Sequence record: NC_091964.1
Length of the DNA stretch: 64,000 bases
Direction: 5' to 3' (one strand)
Shown here: one piece after another, positions 36,929 to 45,492 of the stretch
Layout of the letters: each line of letters begins with the position of its first letter
Position numbering within the stretch: position 1 is the stretch's first letter
Position numbers and translations under genes: made by a program
Notes under the pieces: generated by a model
The model's input: only the letters and a program-made list of their open reading frames with translations
Database searches by the model: none
What the model was told of the DNA's origin: nothing

Positions 36929-37675
36929 ATGTCTAAAGCAATTAATAACTTCGATGAAGGTGTTTTGGAAATTTTAAAGGGTTTAGAAATCAGCGATAAC
37001 CTGATTCACTTTGCACGGACTAATATCGAACGTAATGACGTTGCCCATTACTTCGATCACGTCGATGCAGTTATTCGTCAATCTCAGTTCTTAGCGGCCA
37101 TTGCTTTCGCTGAGAGCGATAAGTATAAGGACCCGTCCGTTAAACGGATCGTGGCCATCGCAGCATTAATGCATGATACCGCCTGCTGGGTAAACCGGGA
37201 CGATCACCATAAGATCGCCACAGAGTGGATGATGAACAATTTAGATTCTGAGGAATCTCTGAAGTTCTATGGATTAATACCAGCAGAAGTTCCAATAATT
37301 GCCACTTGTATTTTAGAGCATCGCGCGAGCTGGGATAAAGACCGCTCAAGCATTTACTCTGAAATCGTAGCGGCAGCAGACCGTGGTAAGTTGGAAATCA
37401 CGGAATGCCTTCGTCGTAGTTATCTCTACGGTCGTTTTGCAAAAGGCCTTGATGTTAAGGCTGCTACTACACACGCTTGTGATCATATCGCGGACAAGTA
37501 TGGTGAGAACGGATATGTTTATAACAAGCTCCCTAAACTTTGCCTTATGGCAACCGAAGATATCAATTTATTGAGGACTCAGGCTATGGATAAGAAATTA
37601 GGAAACTCAATCATCACTGATCACCGTGAGGGCTGGGAAAAATACTATCAGGAGGTAAAGTATGCTCGCGAGTAA
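36929..37675 (+). CDS. HD-domain phosphohydrolase
   Basis: HYFDHV, ALMHDT, DHH, LEH and AADR metal-binding pattern. Confidence 0.85.
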   Translation: MSKAINNFDEGVLEILKGLEISDNLIHFARTNIERNDVAHYFDHVDAVIRQSQFLAAIAFAESDKYKDPSVKRIVAIAALMHDTACWVNRDDHHKIATEWMMNNLDSEESLKFYGLIPAEVPIIATCILEHRASWDKDRSSIYSEIVAAADRGKLEITECLRRSYLYGRFAKGLDVKAATTHACDHIADKYGENGYVYNKLPKLCLMATEDINLLRTQAMDKKLGNSIITDHREGWEKYYQEVKYARE

Positions 37676-38174
37676 CCTGCGTACCCGTGACAAGGTGCGA
37701 CCGCCCGTCTATCGCTCTCAAACCCGTCAAGCGTCGTTGGAATTCCTGGCGAACTTTCGTCAGCAACAACGCCCTGTCATCAATTTGAAGTCGGAGAAAA
37801 TCGGACCAAAGGAACCTGCGTATTTATTGACCGAGCTTCCGGATGGAAGTTTTAAGGTCTATGGCATCGAATGTCCTCGCGTGAAGGATAACAAAACAGC
37901 TTTTACGGACGAAGAACGAAAAGCTATTATCGATGCTATGCCGTTTGAAGAGCAATTCGTCGCCATCGAGCGAGGCTTCAAATTCGAAGCTGACGAAGAA
38001 GCTAAAGAAATTACTGTTCTACTTGGTGACGATTGGCTGTTCGCTATCTGGGTAGATGAAGAAGCACAGTCGTACATGATCGAACGTAACAGTTATCTCA
38101 GCCCGGAATCAGATATTACTCTGATGCTTCGGGAAGTGGGTGCGGCTTTCCGCCAGACTGTAGAAGAAGAATAA
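37662..38174 (+). CDS. Hypothetical protein, 170 aa
   Basis: GGAGG RBS; followed by a terminator. Confidence 0.75.
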   Translation: MLASNLRTRDKVRPPVYRSQTRQASLEFLANFRQQQRPVINLKSEKIGPKEPAYLLTELPDGSFKVYGIECPRVKDNKTAFTDEERKAIIDAMPFEEQFVAIERGFKFEADEEAKEITVLLGDDWLFAIWVDEEAQSYMIERNSYLSPESDITLMLREVGAAFRQTVEEE

Positions 38175-38176
38175 AG

Positions 38177-38252
38177 AACAGGGGGCTTTCCGCCCCCTTG
38201 TTTTTTTTTTGCTTTCTTCACCTGAGACAAAAAAAAGCGGGGTTGCCCCCGC
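38177..38252. terminator. Back-to-back terminators
   Basis: Plus strand GGGGGC..GCCCCC-T run; minus strand AGCGGGG-TTG-CCCCGCT with A-run and TGAGAC. Confidence 0.85.
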
Positions 38253-38363
38253 TCCAAATTCTGGAAAAAGAAAAGATGTTTTGGTTCCAGTCGAAAGATC
38301 CTTTCCAGCTTGTGTCTTTGCCCGTAAAGTCACTTACTATCAGGGATGCGCTCTCTCAACATA
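38228..38363 (-). ncRNA. Candidate ~130-nt sRNA or long 3' UTR
   Basis: Minus-strand AGTATG just after the upstream stop; no credible ORF; ends at a terminator. Confidence 0.3.
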
Positions 38364-38376
38364 CTAAGGGTTGATA

Positions 38377-39600
38377 TTATGTTGCTGATGTAGGGAGGTT
38401 CGTATAATAGTTCATCGTCATGGCTCGAAGTACCATGTAAAGAATCACTGCTGTACGTTCCCCACTTACTGGGTAAGGGCTCTTCTTACCAATAGCCCGG
38501 CGGACGAGCTTATCGCCTTCAGTTCGCAGATAGATAACTTCACGCGAAGTATTACGCGAGGAGTTTACTGCCCCCTTAATAACCAACATGACTTCTGACA
38601 GGTTGTTTTGGTTAATCCCTTTATCCGTAATCAACTGGAAGGAGAAGTCGAGAGTACGCTTAACGAACTCCTGGATCTTCTTCTCTTTAGGACTGTTGTA
38701 GATACTGGAGAGATAGTTAAGGGTTGCCTGGAAATAACCCAGATTACCGGACGGGTTTGCGTCGGCTACAATGTCTACCAGGTTCTGACGAACGAAGCTA
38801 GCAGAATCGCCTATAATACCCTCCAAATAACGCCTGTACTGCGAGCTGTTGCGTTTTAAGTCCCTTACCCCTAACTCACCCTCCATTTCCATTAACGAGC
38901 TCGTGACGGAGATCCCAGCGCCTTCTGAGCGTACCTGGTAATAAAGCTCCGTTATATTCTTGATAGTCGAACGAGCACGGGTCTGTGTATCCGACAGAAT
39001 ATATTGAACATCGTCATCATCCCCAAAGCGAATGAAGGTCTGGTAGTGAAGTCCTTGGCGAGAAACCATCATGATCGATTTAGCTTCGCAAAGGTTATAC
39101 CAGTTACGGTGCACTCGCAGATCGTACTTAAAGTTCATGGACTCGTAAGTACGTTGGGCAATCTGCGGGTTGACGCCCCAGCGGAAGAAGTGATTTAAAA
39201 TTGAGGAAAGGAACTTATATTGTAGTATCGACAGTAGCTTGACCGCCACGTCCTCTTTTTGCTTTTGAGGCATGGATGAGGTCAGAGATCGATGTACTAA
39301 ATAAGTGATCGAGAGGTTAAAGGCATTTGATGCTACCTTATGTTCCGGGTTGACAGAATTCTCGGCATAGAGAGCCTTCTGTAACTCTTCCTCGTCGGCA
39401 TTAAGGATCTCTGAGAAATAACGGGCGGTATCGCTTGGCAGCCACTTTACTTCCGTCGACAATAAACCATTACCGAAGAAACGGATATGGTCTTCGTTTT
39501 TGTTAACGAAGTTCTTTTCGAAGGCAAGTACGCTGTTGGCAAATCGACTATCAATTTTCAGAGAACCGCAGAATTTATCAAATACGGATTTGATGGACAT
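38377..39600 (-). CDS. Conserved virion protein of phiKZ-like phages (gp32-like by recall)
   Basis: FVNKNEDHI.FFG motif; size and position near the terminase. Confidence 0.6.
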   Translation of the reverse strand: MSIKSVFDKFCGSLKIDSRFANSVLAFEKNFVNKNEDHIRFFGNGLLSTEVKWLPSDTARYFSEILNADEEELQKALYAENSVNPEHKVASNAFNLSITYLVHRSLTSSMPQKQKEDVAVKLLSILQYKFLSSILNHFFRWGVNPQIAQRTYESMNFKYDLRVHRNWYNLCEAKSIMMVSRQGLHYQTFIRFGDDDDVQYILSDTQTRARSTIKNITELYYQVRSEGAGISVTSSLMEMEGELGVRDLKRNSSQYRRYLEGIIGDSASFVRQNLVDIVADANPSGNLGYFQATLNYLSSIYNSPKEKKIQEFVKRTLDFSFQLITDKGINQNNLSEVMLVIKGAVNSSRNTSREVIYLRTEGDKLVRRAIGKKSPYPVSGERTAVILYMVLRAMTMNYYTNLPTSAT

Positions 39601-39677
39601 GGGTTCCTCCTAAAGGGGTTACACAAGAATCCATCGTTTACCCTATCATTCTTGTAAGGATTTATCAGGAGAGTAAA

Positions 39678-40328
39678 ATGTCTAAACTCACTCAACGAAA
39701 CATAGAGTCCAGTGGTGCTAACCTCCGTCTTCGTGCCAAATTGCAATCAGTTCAGTGGAAAGAAATCCCGGATGAACTTAAGGCTCTGATGCAGAACCTT
39801 AAAGAGATTGTAACCGGGGAGATGGGGCATGGTGGCTACAGCAACCATATGACTACTCTTAAATGCGACGGTAAAGAGTATACGCGGCTCGTACAGACGT
39901 TAAAGTCTGATCCTAAGTTCATTCCATCAGTTGAGGTCTTCATCTCACCAGAGGGCTTCTGTCACTTCCATATCGTACTCACGTTTGTAGGTACGCATGA
40001 CGAAGAAGTAGATACGGCTGTTGCGAAGGACATCGTAAACTTCATTTGTTCTCATTACGAGGATCCTGGTCAGGAAATCACTATAGTTATTCACCGTCGC
40101 TGGAAGAAGACCGCAAGTGATAAGAAAGCGATGTACACTACCGCTCTCTGGGGGAACGAATCGTTAACCGGTCTTAATGAACGCCTGTGCTACACACAGC
40201 AGCAGATCGCACTCAAACTGAAGCAAGAGCATAAAGATATCTGTGCTCACCTTGAGCAGGTCATACAGGCCGGAGAAATGGACCCTAAGAAAATGGAAGA
40301 GTACAAGGATCAGAAACTCACTCGTTAA
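39678..40328 (+). CDS. Hypothetical protein, 216 aa
   Basis: AGGAG RBS; terminator at 40335-40369. Confidence 0.75.
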   Translation: MSKLTQRNIESSGANLRLRAKLQSVQWKEIPDELKALMQNLKEIVTGEMGHGGYSNHMTTLKCDGKEYTRLVQTLKSDPKFIPSVEVFISPEGFCHFHIVLTFVGTHDEEVDTAVAKDIVNFICSHYEDPGQEITIVIHRRWKKTASDKKAMYTTALWGNESLTGLNERLCYTQQQIALKLKQEHKDICAHLEQVIQAGEMDPKKMEEYKDQKLTR

Positions 40329-40380
40329 TATCTGAAGATAGGGGCTTAGTGCTCCTATCTTTTTTTTTGCTTCTAAATTA

Positions 40381-40440
40381 ATTTCAGATATACATTACTT
40401 AAGTGAATAAACCTATTCAATTTTCTATCATGTTGAATAG
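40381..40440 (+). promoter_or_regulatory. Early-type promoter with 5' hairpin; near-copy at 43539-43584
   Basis: ATTTCAGATATACATTACTTAAGTGAATA; CTATTCAA/TTGAATAG stem. Confidence 0.7.
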
Positions 40441-40471
40441 ATCGTTAACTCCGGCTAAGGAAAATAAGAAA

Positions 40472-40687
40472 ATGCCAAAAGAAACAACTGCTCGTAAAAA
40501 TAAGATCGACTCCTCTTTCGCAATGCAGGTTGATACTAAACTGGCTGACAAAGGTCATGAAGGTATCAGCGTGCGTCAAGTAGGTTTGTTGAACAAGATG
40601 CACAATGCGGCAACCTGCAAGGAAAAGGTTGAGTGGATGGCGGCTTTCATCGAGGACTTCCGTAAGTCGGTATTATCCGAGGACTAA
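40472..40687 (+). CDS. Small early protein, 71 aa
   Basis: AAGGAAAATAAGAAA-ATG. Confidence 0.75.
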   Translation: MPKETTARKNKIDSSFAMQVDTKLADKGHEGISVRQVGLLNKMHNAATCKEKVEWMAAFIEDFRKSVLSED

Positions 40688-40690
40688 GTC

Positions 40691-40786
40691 ATGGGTGATC
40701 CTAGCAAATCTCCAGCTCCACCAATTGTACCAGATAAGAAGTTTCCAGTACCAACTCCACAGAGCAAACCAAACCCGCTCGATTAA
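40691..40786 (+). CDS. 31-aa proline-rich peptide (below the ORF-track cutoff)
   Basis: GAGGA RBS; MGDPSKSPAPPIVPDKKFPVPTPQSKPNPLD; fills the gap between two genes. Confidence 0.55.
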   Translation: MGDPSKSPAPPIVPDKKFPVPTPQSKPNPLD

Positions 40787-40814
40787 CTACTAGTATTACT
40801 AGAGGAATAAGAAC

Positions 40815-41219
40815 ATGTTACACGGATCTAAAGAAGAATTAACTGGCGCTGCGCGTATTTTCCTGAACAACTTATACGAACTTTACCAAGCTGGTTTAGC
40901 AGGTAAAGGTCATGACGAATCGGCTCAGAAAGTTCTTGAGTCAAACGACTGGGTACACGTTTACAATCTGGGGCAGCGCCTGCTGTTCATCAACACTCGT
41001 GATCCTCACTTCGGTGTTCTGGGCGAAATGGAAAAAGAAGCTCAGGAACAGAGTTGGGAAAACGGATTTGATCTGCGTTACCAAATCACGAACGATGGAA
41101 TCATCTTCCATTACGTGGACGGTAGCACTGGTGACTATCTGTATAGCATTGAGATCTGGTGTATCGATCGTGCTATTCAAGGTTTAAAGTTGAATATGCC
41201 TTCCGGCATTGAATTCTAA
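40815..41219 (+). CDS. Hypothetical protein, 134 aa
   Basis: AGAGGAATAAGAAC-ATG. Confidence 0.8.
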   Translation: MLHGSKEELTGAARIFLNNLYELYQAGLAGKGHDESAQKVLESNDWVHVYNLGQRLLFINTRDPHFGVLGEMEKEAQEQSWENGFDLRYQITNDGIIFHYVDGSTGDYLYSIEIWCIDRAIQGLKLNMPSGIEF

Positions 41220-41230
41220 GTATTATCAGC

Positions 41231-41300
41231 AAGCTACTATCGGGCAGGTAGTAGCTTTTACCAACACCCCTGTACATGGACTAGTATAGGGGATTTTTTT
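41231..41300 (+). terminator. Tandem hairpins ending in a terminator
   Basis: AAGCTACTA/TAGTAGCTT stem, then CCCCTGTAC/GTATAGGGG plus T-run. Confidence 0.75.
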
Positions 41301-41431
41301 CTTTGTTTATTATCTTGGAAATGTATGCTTTCATTTTTGAGGTAATTGTCTCTTTTTAAGAACCAACCCCCGGAAATACCCGGCACCGGCGTAGCCGCTG
41401 TGCTCTATTATGAAACGGGAAGGAATATACC

Positions 41432-41629
41432 ATGTATAACTTAATCATGAGTATACTAACGATTACTATCAGTACAGTATCAGGTACACTGTTAGCTATC
41501 GTACTGTACAGAGATGAAGATATTAACCTAGGACATATCACTGTATTCGTAATATGTCTACTGTTGATTATCTATACCATCTACATGTTACTAAGAGGTG
41601 AGAAGACTAAAGATGATGCAGACGTATAA
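41432..41629 (+). CDS. Small two-TM membrane protein, 65 aa
   Basis: GGAAGGA RBS; two hydrophobic segments; AT-rich. Confidence 0.65.
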   Translation: MYNLIMSILTITISTVSGTLLAIVLYRDEDINLGHITVFVICLLLIIYTIYMLLRGEKTKDDADV

Positions 41630-41840
41630 CGTTATCTTGAGAGGGTTGTATCCAGAACTTACTCCTCGAGAGATTAATCATATCTCCTTAGTTATTGTTA
41701 CTAAGTTACGTAAGGTACAAGATACCTTATCAAACGTTGAGTTATACAATCAACAGTTTGTTAGCTGTGGTTCTAATCAAGAACTCACCTCGGTAGAAGT
41801 ATTTAACCGTAAAGTACATATTCGTTTAACCTTCAAGTAA
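41598..41840 (+). CDS. Small hypothetical protein (start may be ATG 41619)
   Basis: AT-rich; overlaps the upstream gene. Confidence 0.55.
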   Translation: MRRLKMMQTYNVILRGLYPELTPREINHISLVIVTKLRKVQDTLSNVELYNQQFVSCGSNQELTSVEVFNRKVHIRLTFK

Positions 41841-41904
41841 ACTATTGCCTTAGGGTGGTGGTTTACTTGAGAATACCTTTATTTTTGTCTTTGGAGAAGA
41901 GAAC

Positions 41905-43047
41905 ATGTCAGACGTAATGAATATTATTGGTAGTATGGACGTAGTAGAGCATATTGCATTCACGGATAAGGAAGTGCTTGATCTGTTTTATCAAGGATTG
42001 ACAGAACGTACACACGGTCATTACCTTAGCTATATCAAAGGTCCGGTGAAGATTACTCTTACTGGGGAACTTACCGCCGAGATCAAGGGTAAGATCATCG
42101 ACGTAGCACCCGCATATGTCATGTCGGTGATGATGCAGCACCCGAGCAGCTTAGCTATTGAATCAGCAGCTAAGTATGTTAAGGATAAGTACGGGTTTGA
42201 AACCAAGAACGTGGAAGGGGAGATTTGTCCTACCATCACCTTAACAGACGATGTCATTGCTGGACTGATGCGTCATTACCCGGAGATCGCAGAAAAGGTA
42301 CGGTCTTTAGCAGAATCAAAAGTGAACTTCATGGGCGGTCGGAAGTTCCTTAACCGTGGGAGACTGGCCCCTTTAGGATCAAAGTTAGTTAACCTTGACC
42401 AATCAGGGATTACTGTTGAACTCACTCCTCCCTCTGACCTTGATTCTTTTGCGTTAACGCTCGCCGGTAATCGTCCAGTATGGCAACCTAACAAACTCAT
42501 CAGTGAAGGTTTTGCTTTTGCTGACGGTATATCGGATGAAACGTGGGAGCATCTTACAAAGTCCCCTGCCTGCGTTACCATGGTAGGCACGGACACTGTT
42601 ATGGTTACAGGTAAAGCAATTGACGTTTGTAACACGATGATGAGCTGTATGTTATCCTCAGGAGCATTACGCGCTAATATCGATAACGTGGGTAATCACC
42701 TGGCAGAGAAATACGGATTCCGTTATCCCGTTGACGGAGTTGCTCCTTGGATGGTGCGAACTACAGTCCGTCAGGGAAAAGCGTACAGTGCCCAGCCTCA
42801 GAAAGTGACGCCTTTCACATCCCCTCTCCAGCCTGTACAGGCAAAGTGGGAAGAGGGCTTCGTAGGGGAATCTGCTCCTAAGGAAGTGGAAGAGAAATAT
42901 GATCGCGCCGTTGAGATCTATAACGAGCTGAATTCCGCTAGACTACCCGGACCCGAACGCGCAGCGTTGTTAGCTGAAATGCAATCCATTACTAACTCAG
43001 GCGTATTGCTCTATGCATTGAAACGCCACCATTACGATGTTGAATAA
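41905..43047 (+). CDS. Hypothetical protein, 380 aa
   Basis: GGAG RBS; long ORF. Confidence 0.8.
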   Translation: MSDVMNIIGSMDVVEHIAFTDKEVLDLFYQGLTERTHGHYLSYIKGPVKITLTGELTAEIKGKIIDVAPAYVMSVMMQHPSSLAIESAAKYVKDKYGFETKNVEGEICPTITLTDDVIAGLMRHYPEIAEKVRSLAESKVNFMGGRKFLNRGRLAPLGSKLVNLDQSGITVELTPPSDLDSFALTLAGNRPVWQPNKLISEGFAFADGISDETWEHLTKSPACVTMVGTDTVMVTGKAIDVCNTMMSCMLSSGALRANIDNVGNHLAEKYGFRYPVDGVAPWMVRTTVRQGKAYSAQPQKVTPFTSPLQPVQAKWEEGFVGESAPKEVEEKYDRAVEIYNELNSARLPGPERAALLAEMQSITNSGVLLYALKRHHYDVE

Positions 43048-43058
43048 GGATATGTTAA

Positions 43059-43271
43059 ATGCAACAGAAAAGTTTCAGGGAGGTGCTCGCACAGACTAAC
43101 CGTAAATATCTGCCCGTACAAGAACCAAAACAAAAAGAACAATACGCCGAACACATTACCTTGGAGGAGTTAATCACTCCCCAGGGTAGGCTTATGTCTG
43201 ATATAAATGCAATAAGAAGGAATCGTGGATGTTTCCTAACTTCAGAGGTCGAGATATGTCAACACTTTTGA
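43059..43271 (+). CDS. Hypothetical protein, 70 aa
   Basis: AAGGA RBS. Confidence 0.6.
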   Translation: MQQKSFREVLAQTNRKYLPVQEPKQKEQYAEHITLEELITPQGRLMSDINAIRRNRGCFLTSEVEICQHF

Positions 43272-43534
43272 GAGGGCCGAAGGTAAGTAGTCGTCATCAA
43301 ACTTACACTGAGGCAGCCAAAGCTATTATCGACTTCGGTCAAAAATCTGATGACGTCCGTAAAGTAGTACTGGGTCCTATTAGTAACTTTAAGGGGAAGA
43401 CAAAAAAATTAAAGCTTCGCCCTAACCAATCCGGCGTCCAGGTAGACGTACTTGCAAACAATCAAATGCAAATCATCTACCTGATAGGCGATACGGATAA
43501 GATAGTAACGGCGTTGGATAACTTCCAACTCTAA
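43256..43534 (+). CDS. DUF2103-like protein
   Basis: KVSSRHQT...VRKVVLGPI...LKL.....GVQV.....QMQIIYL pattern. Confidence 0.6.
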   Translation: MSTLLRGPKVSSRHQTYTEAAKAIIDFGQKSDDVRKVVLGPISNFKGKTKKLKLRPNQSGVQVDVLANNQMQIIYLIGDTDKIVTALDNFQL

Positions 43535-43548
43535 ATCGATTTCAGATA

Positions 43549-43600
43549 TATATCACTTAGGTGAATAGATCCATTCAATTTCGCTTGGACTATTCACCTA
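43549..43600 (+). promoter_or_regulatory. Early-type promoter overlapped by an inverted repeat
   Basis: TATATCACTTAGGTG; TAGGTGAATAG pairs perfectly with CTATTCACCTA. Confidence 0.7.
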
Positions 43601-43632
43601 ATTAATCTAACAATACACATTGAGGTGACATT

Positions 43633-43932
43633 ATGAAAACTGCAAACACTACTGAAGTAAAAATCGTTATTCCTTTCAACTACGATAAAGAACCAGGTCG
43701 TCTTCTGATCGACTTCAAAGACAAACTCTCTATCGACTTCGAAGGTGCTAACGTAGTAGAAGCTTATTACGCTTCTATGGCTGAAGAGATCGTTGTTCGT
43801 GCACATGTCGATAGCGAGCTGATTACAACGTTGATGAGCAAGTACCGTAAAGGCGAACCTGTAATCATCTTCGAAGAGAAGAATGTCGACAATGGTCGAC
43901 TGGAGGTCATCAACCGCGCAAAGTGGTTGTGA
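43633..43932 (+). CDS. Small early protein, 99 aa
   Basis: GAGGTG RBS; biased codon use. Confidence 0.8.
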   Translation: MKTANTTEVKIVIPFNYDKEPGRLLIDFKDKLSIDFEGANVVEAYYASMAEEIVVRAHVDSELITTLMSKYRKGEPVIIFEEKNVDNGRLEVINRAKWL

Positions 43933-44072
43933 TCTTCTAACCATGAACGACTACGGTTCTGGAGATCAACTTATTTTTGGTCTAAGGGAGCCTCCTCCCA
44001 AAAGTGCTGTTTGGTATACACGACTCGATTAGTCAGTATACTAAACCGTACTTTGGCTAAAGGAGGTTTCTT
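43931..44072 (+). ncRNA. Candidate structured RNA (short hairpin plus long rod)
   Basis: Nested helices spanning 43984-44072 in a ~200-nt gap with no good ORF. Confidence 0.45.
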
Positions 44073-44095
44073 GTAATTAAAAGATAGGTTAAGTA

Positions 44096-44110
44096 TATAT
44101 TACCATAGTG
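44096..44110 (+). promoter_or_regulatory. Early-type promoter
   Basis: TATATTACCATAGTG. Confidence 0.7.
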
Positions 44111-44137
44111 AGCACTATCTGCTCAATTCATTAACTA

Positions 44138-44935
44138 ATGGAGTTTGAAATGGAACGTAAGATCAAGCTGTTTAATATCAATGAGACTGGTAAAGGTCTG
44201 TCTAAAGAAAATCGCGAGTTCTGGGCTAGCGAACTTCGGACCGTAGTCGAAGAAAAGAAATTCGCCAACGATAACATGACGCTGGAAATTAAGTTGGTGC
44301 GACTCGAAAATATGGACGAAAAGAAAGGTCCGATCTTCGGGCTATCCATGGACTTAGTTACTAACGGTTATAGTGCTCGCTACGTCAGTAACTCTTACGT
44401 TGACAAACGTTTTACTAAGGAGCTGAGTCAAGCTATCGGTAATGTCGATAAAAGCAATCTGATTAACCTTACCGAGCAATTCATCTTCTGCGACCATAAT
44501 GGTAATGAGATCGAATTCGAACGTCAGATCTTCTCTCTTTTCGACGTACCCGAAGAGAAGAAAGAAGACCGTTCTGGGTTTGATCGTGCAGTGCCTCGGG
44601 CAGAACGTCAGCGTCGTGAAGCTACGGGTGATCGCAACAATCGCCCCGGTCGCTATCGCCATCGCGAAGATGACAAAGTATCACGCGAAGAAGATCATGA
44701 CTATCGCGGCCGGTTCGGTCATCGTAATTCAGAAGATCATCGTCGCAATGTTGTATCCAGCCAGGAGATCGCTAAACATCTGCTGAAGCCTGTCCTGGGT
44801 TACGACTGCACTCGTTCTTTCTTCCGGGAGAACGAAGTAGTTGGCGAGATCGATACTCTCGGCGCGAAATTCGACCGCGCAGATGGCGGCCAGGTTATTA
44901 CCCTGGTTGTTCAGATCAAGATCGAAGACATTTAA
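44138..44935 (+). CDS. Hypothetical protein with an R/D/H-rich disordered segment
   Basis: 265 aa ORF downstream of the promoter (ATG 44138 or 44150). Confidence 0.8.
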   Translation: MEFEMERKIKLFNINETGKGLSKENREFWASELRTVVEEKKFANDNMTLEIKLVRLENMDEKKGPIFGLSMDLVTNGYSARYVSNSYVDKRFTKELSQAIGNVDKSNLINLTEQFIFCDHNGNEIEFERQIFSLFDVPEEKKEDRSGFDRAVPRAERQRREATGDRNNRPGRYRHREDDKVSREEDHDYRGRFGHRNSEDHRRNVVSSQEIAKHLLKPVLGYDCTRSFFRENEVVGEIDTLGAKFDRADGGQVITLVVQIKIEDI

Positions 44936-44959
44936 TTTAATTTACTAGAGGATACTAGA

Positions 44960-45412
44960 ATGGAAAACCAAGAAATGAACTTTGAGCATGTACTGACCCG
45001 TAAATTCACTTTCGGCGACGCTTCTATCATTTACACTGACAATGGTAATAAGCGTAAAGCTGAACTGCGTTACAAAGGTCAACGCATGGCTCAATGGGAA
45101 GGAGATGATAACAACAAGTGGATTGCTTCCGCACTGTGCGACTTCGCTCGCCAGCTGCGTACCAAATCTTTTACTGGCCATACCAACTACGCCATCTTCT
45201 GTTGCATTGGTTATGCAATGGCTGAGAAAAACGTTGGTCGCTATTGGCATGAATATAATAACCCGAACGAGATCCAGGCAGCTATTGCAACCTGTCAGGC
45301 ACGTACTAGCCGTCTGTTCAAAGTACCGGGTAATAAATTACAAGATTATAATAAACCGGTCGCGGCTGCAATGCAGACCGTCGGCCAGCAGACACCTGCA
45401 CAACTTCACTAA
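44960..45412 (+). CDS. Hypothetical protein, 150 aa
   Basis: GAGGA RBS; hairpin at 45422-45441. Confidence 0.8.
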   Translation: MENQEMNFEHVLTRKFTFGDASIIYTDNGNKRKAELRYKGQRMAQWEGDDNNKWIASALCDFARQLRTKSFTGHTNYAIFCCIGYAMAEKNVGRYWHEYNNPNEIQAAIATCQARTSRLFKVPGNKLQDYNKPVAAAMQTVGQQTPAQLH

Positions 45413-45492
45413 TCCAGTTTCGCCCTGTCGTGAGGCAGGGCTTTTAACAGTTATACGCAAAGTTGCTATCACATTCGTTTTAGGGGTTATAA

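Noticed and set aside
38109-38333. 74-aa minus-strand ORF
   Set aside because: It runs through two terminators and poly-T tracts.
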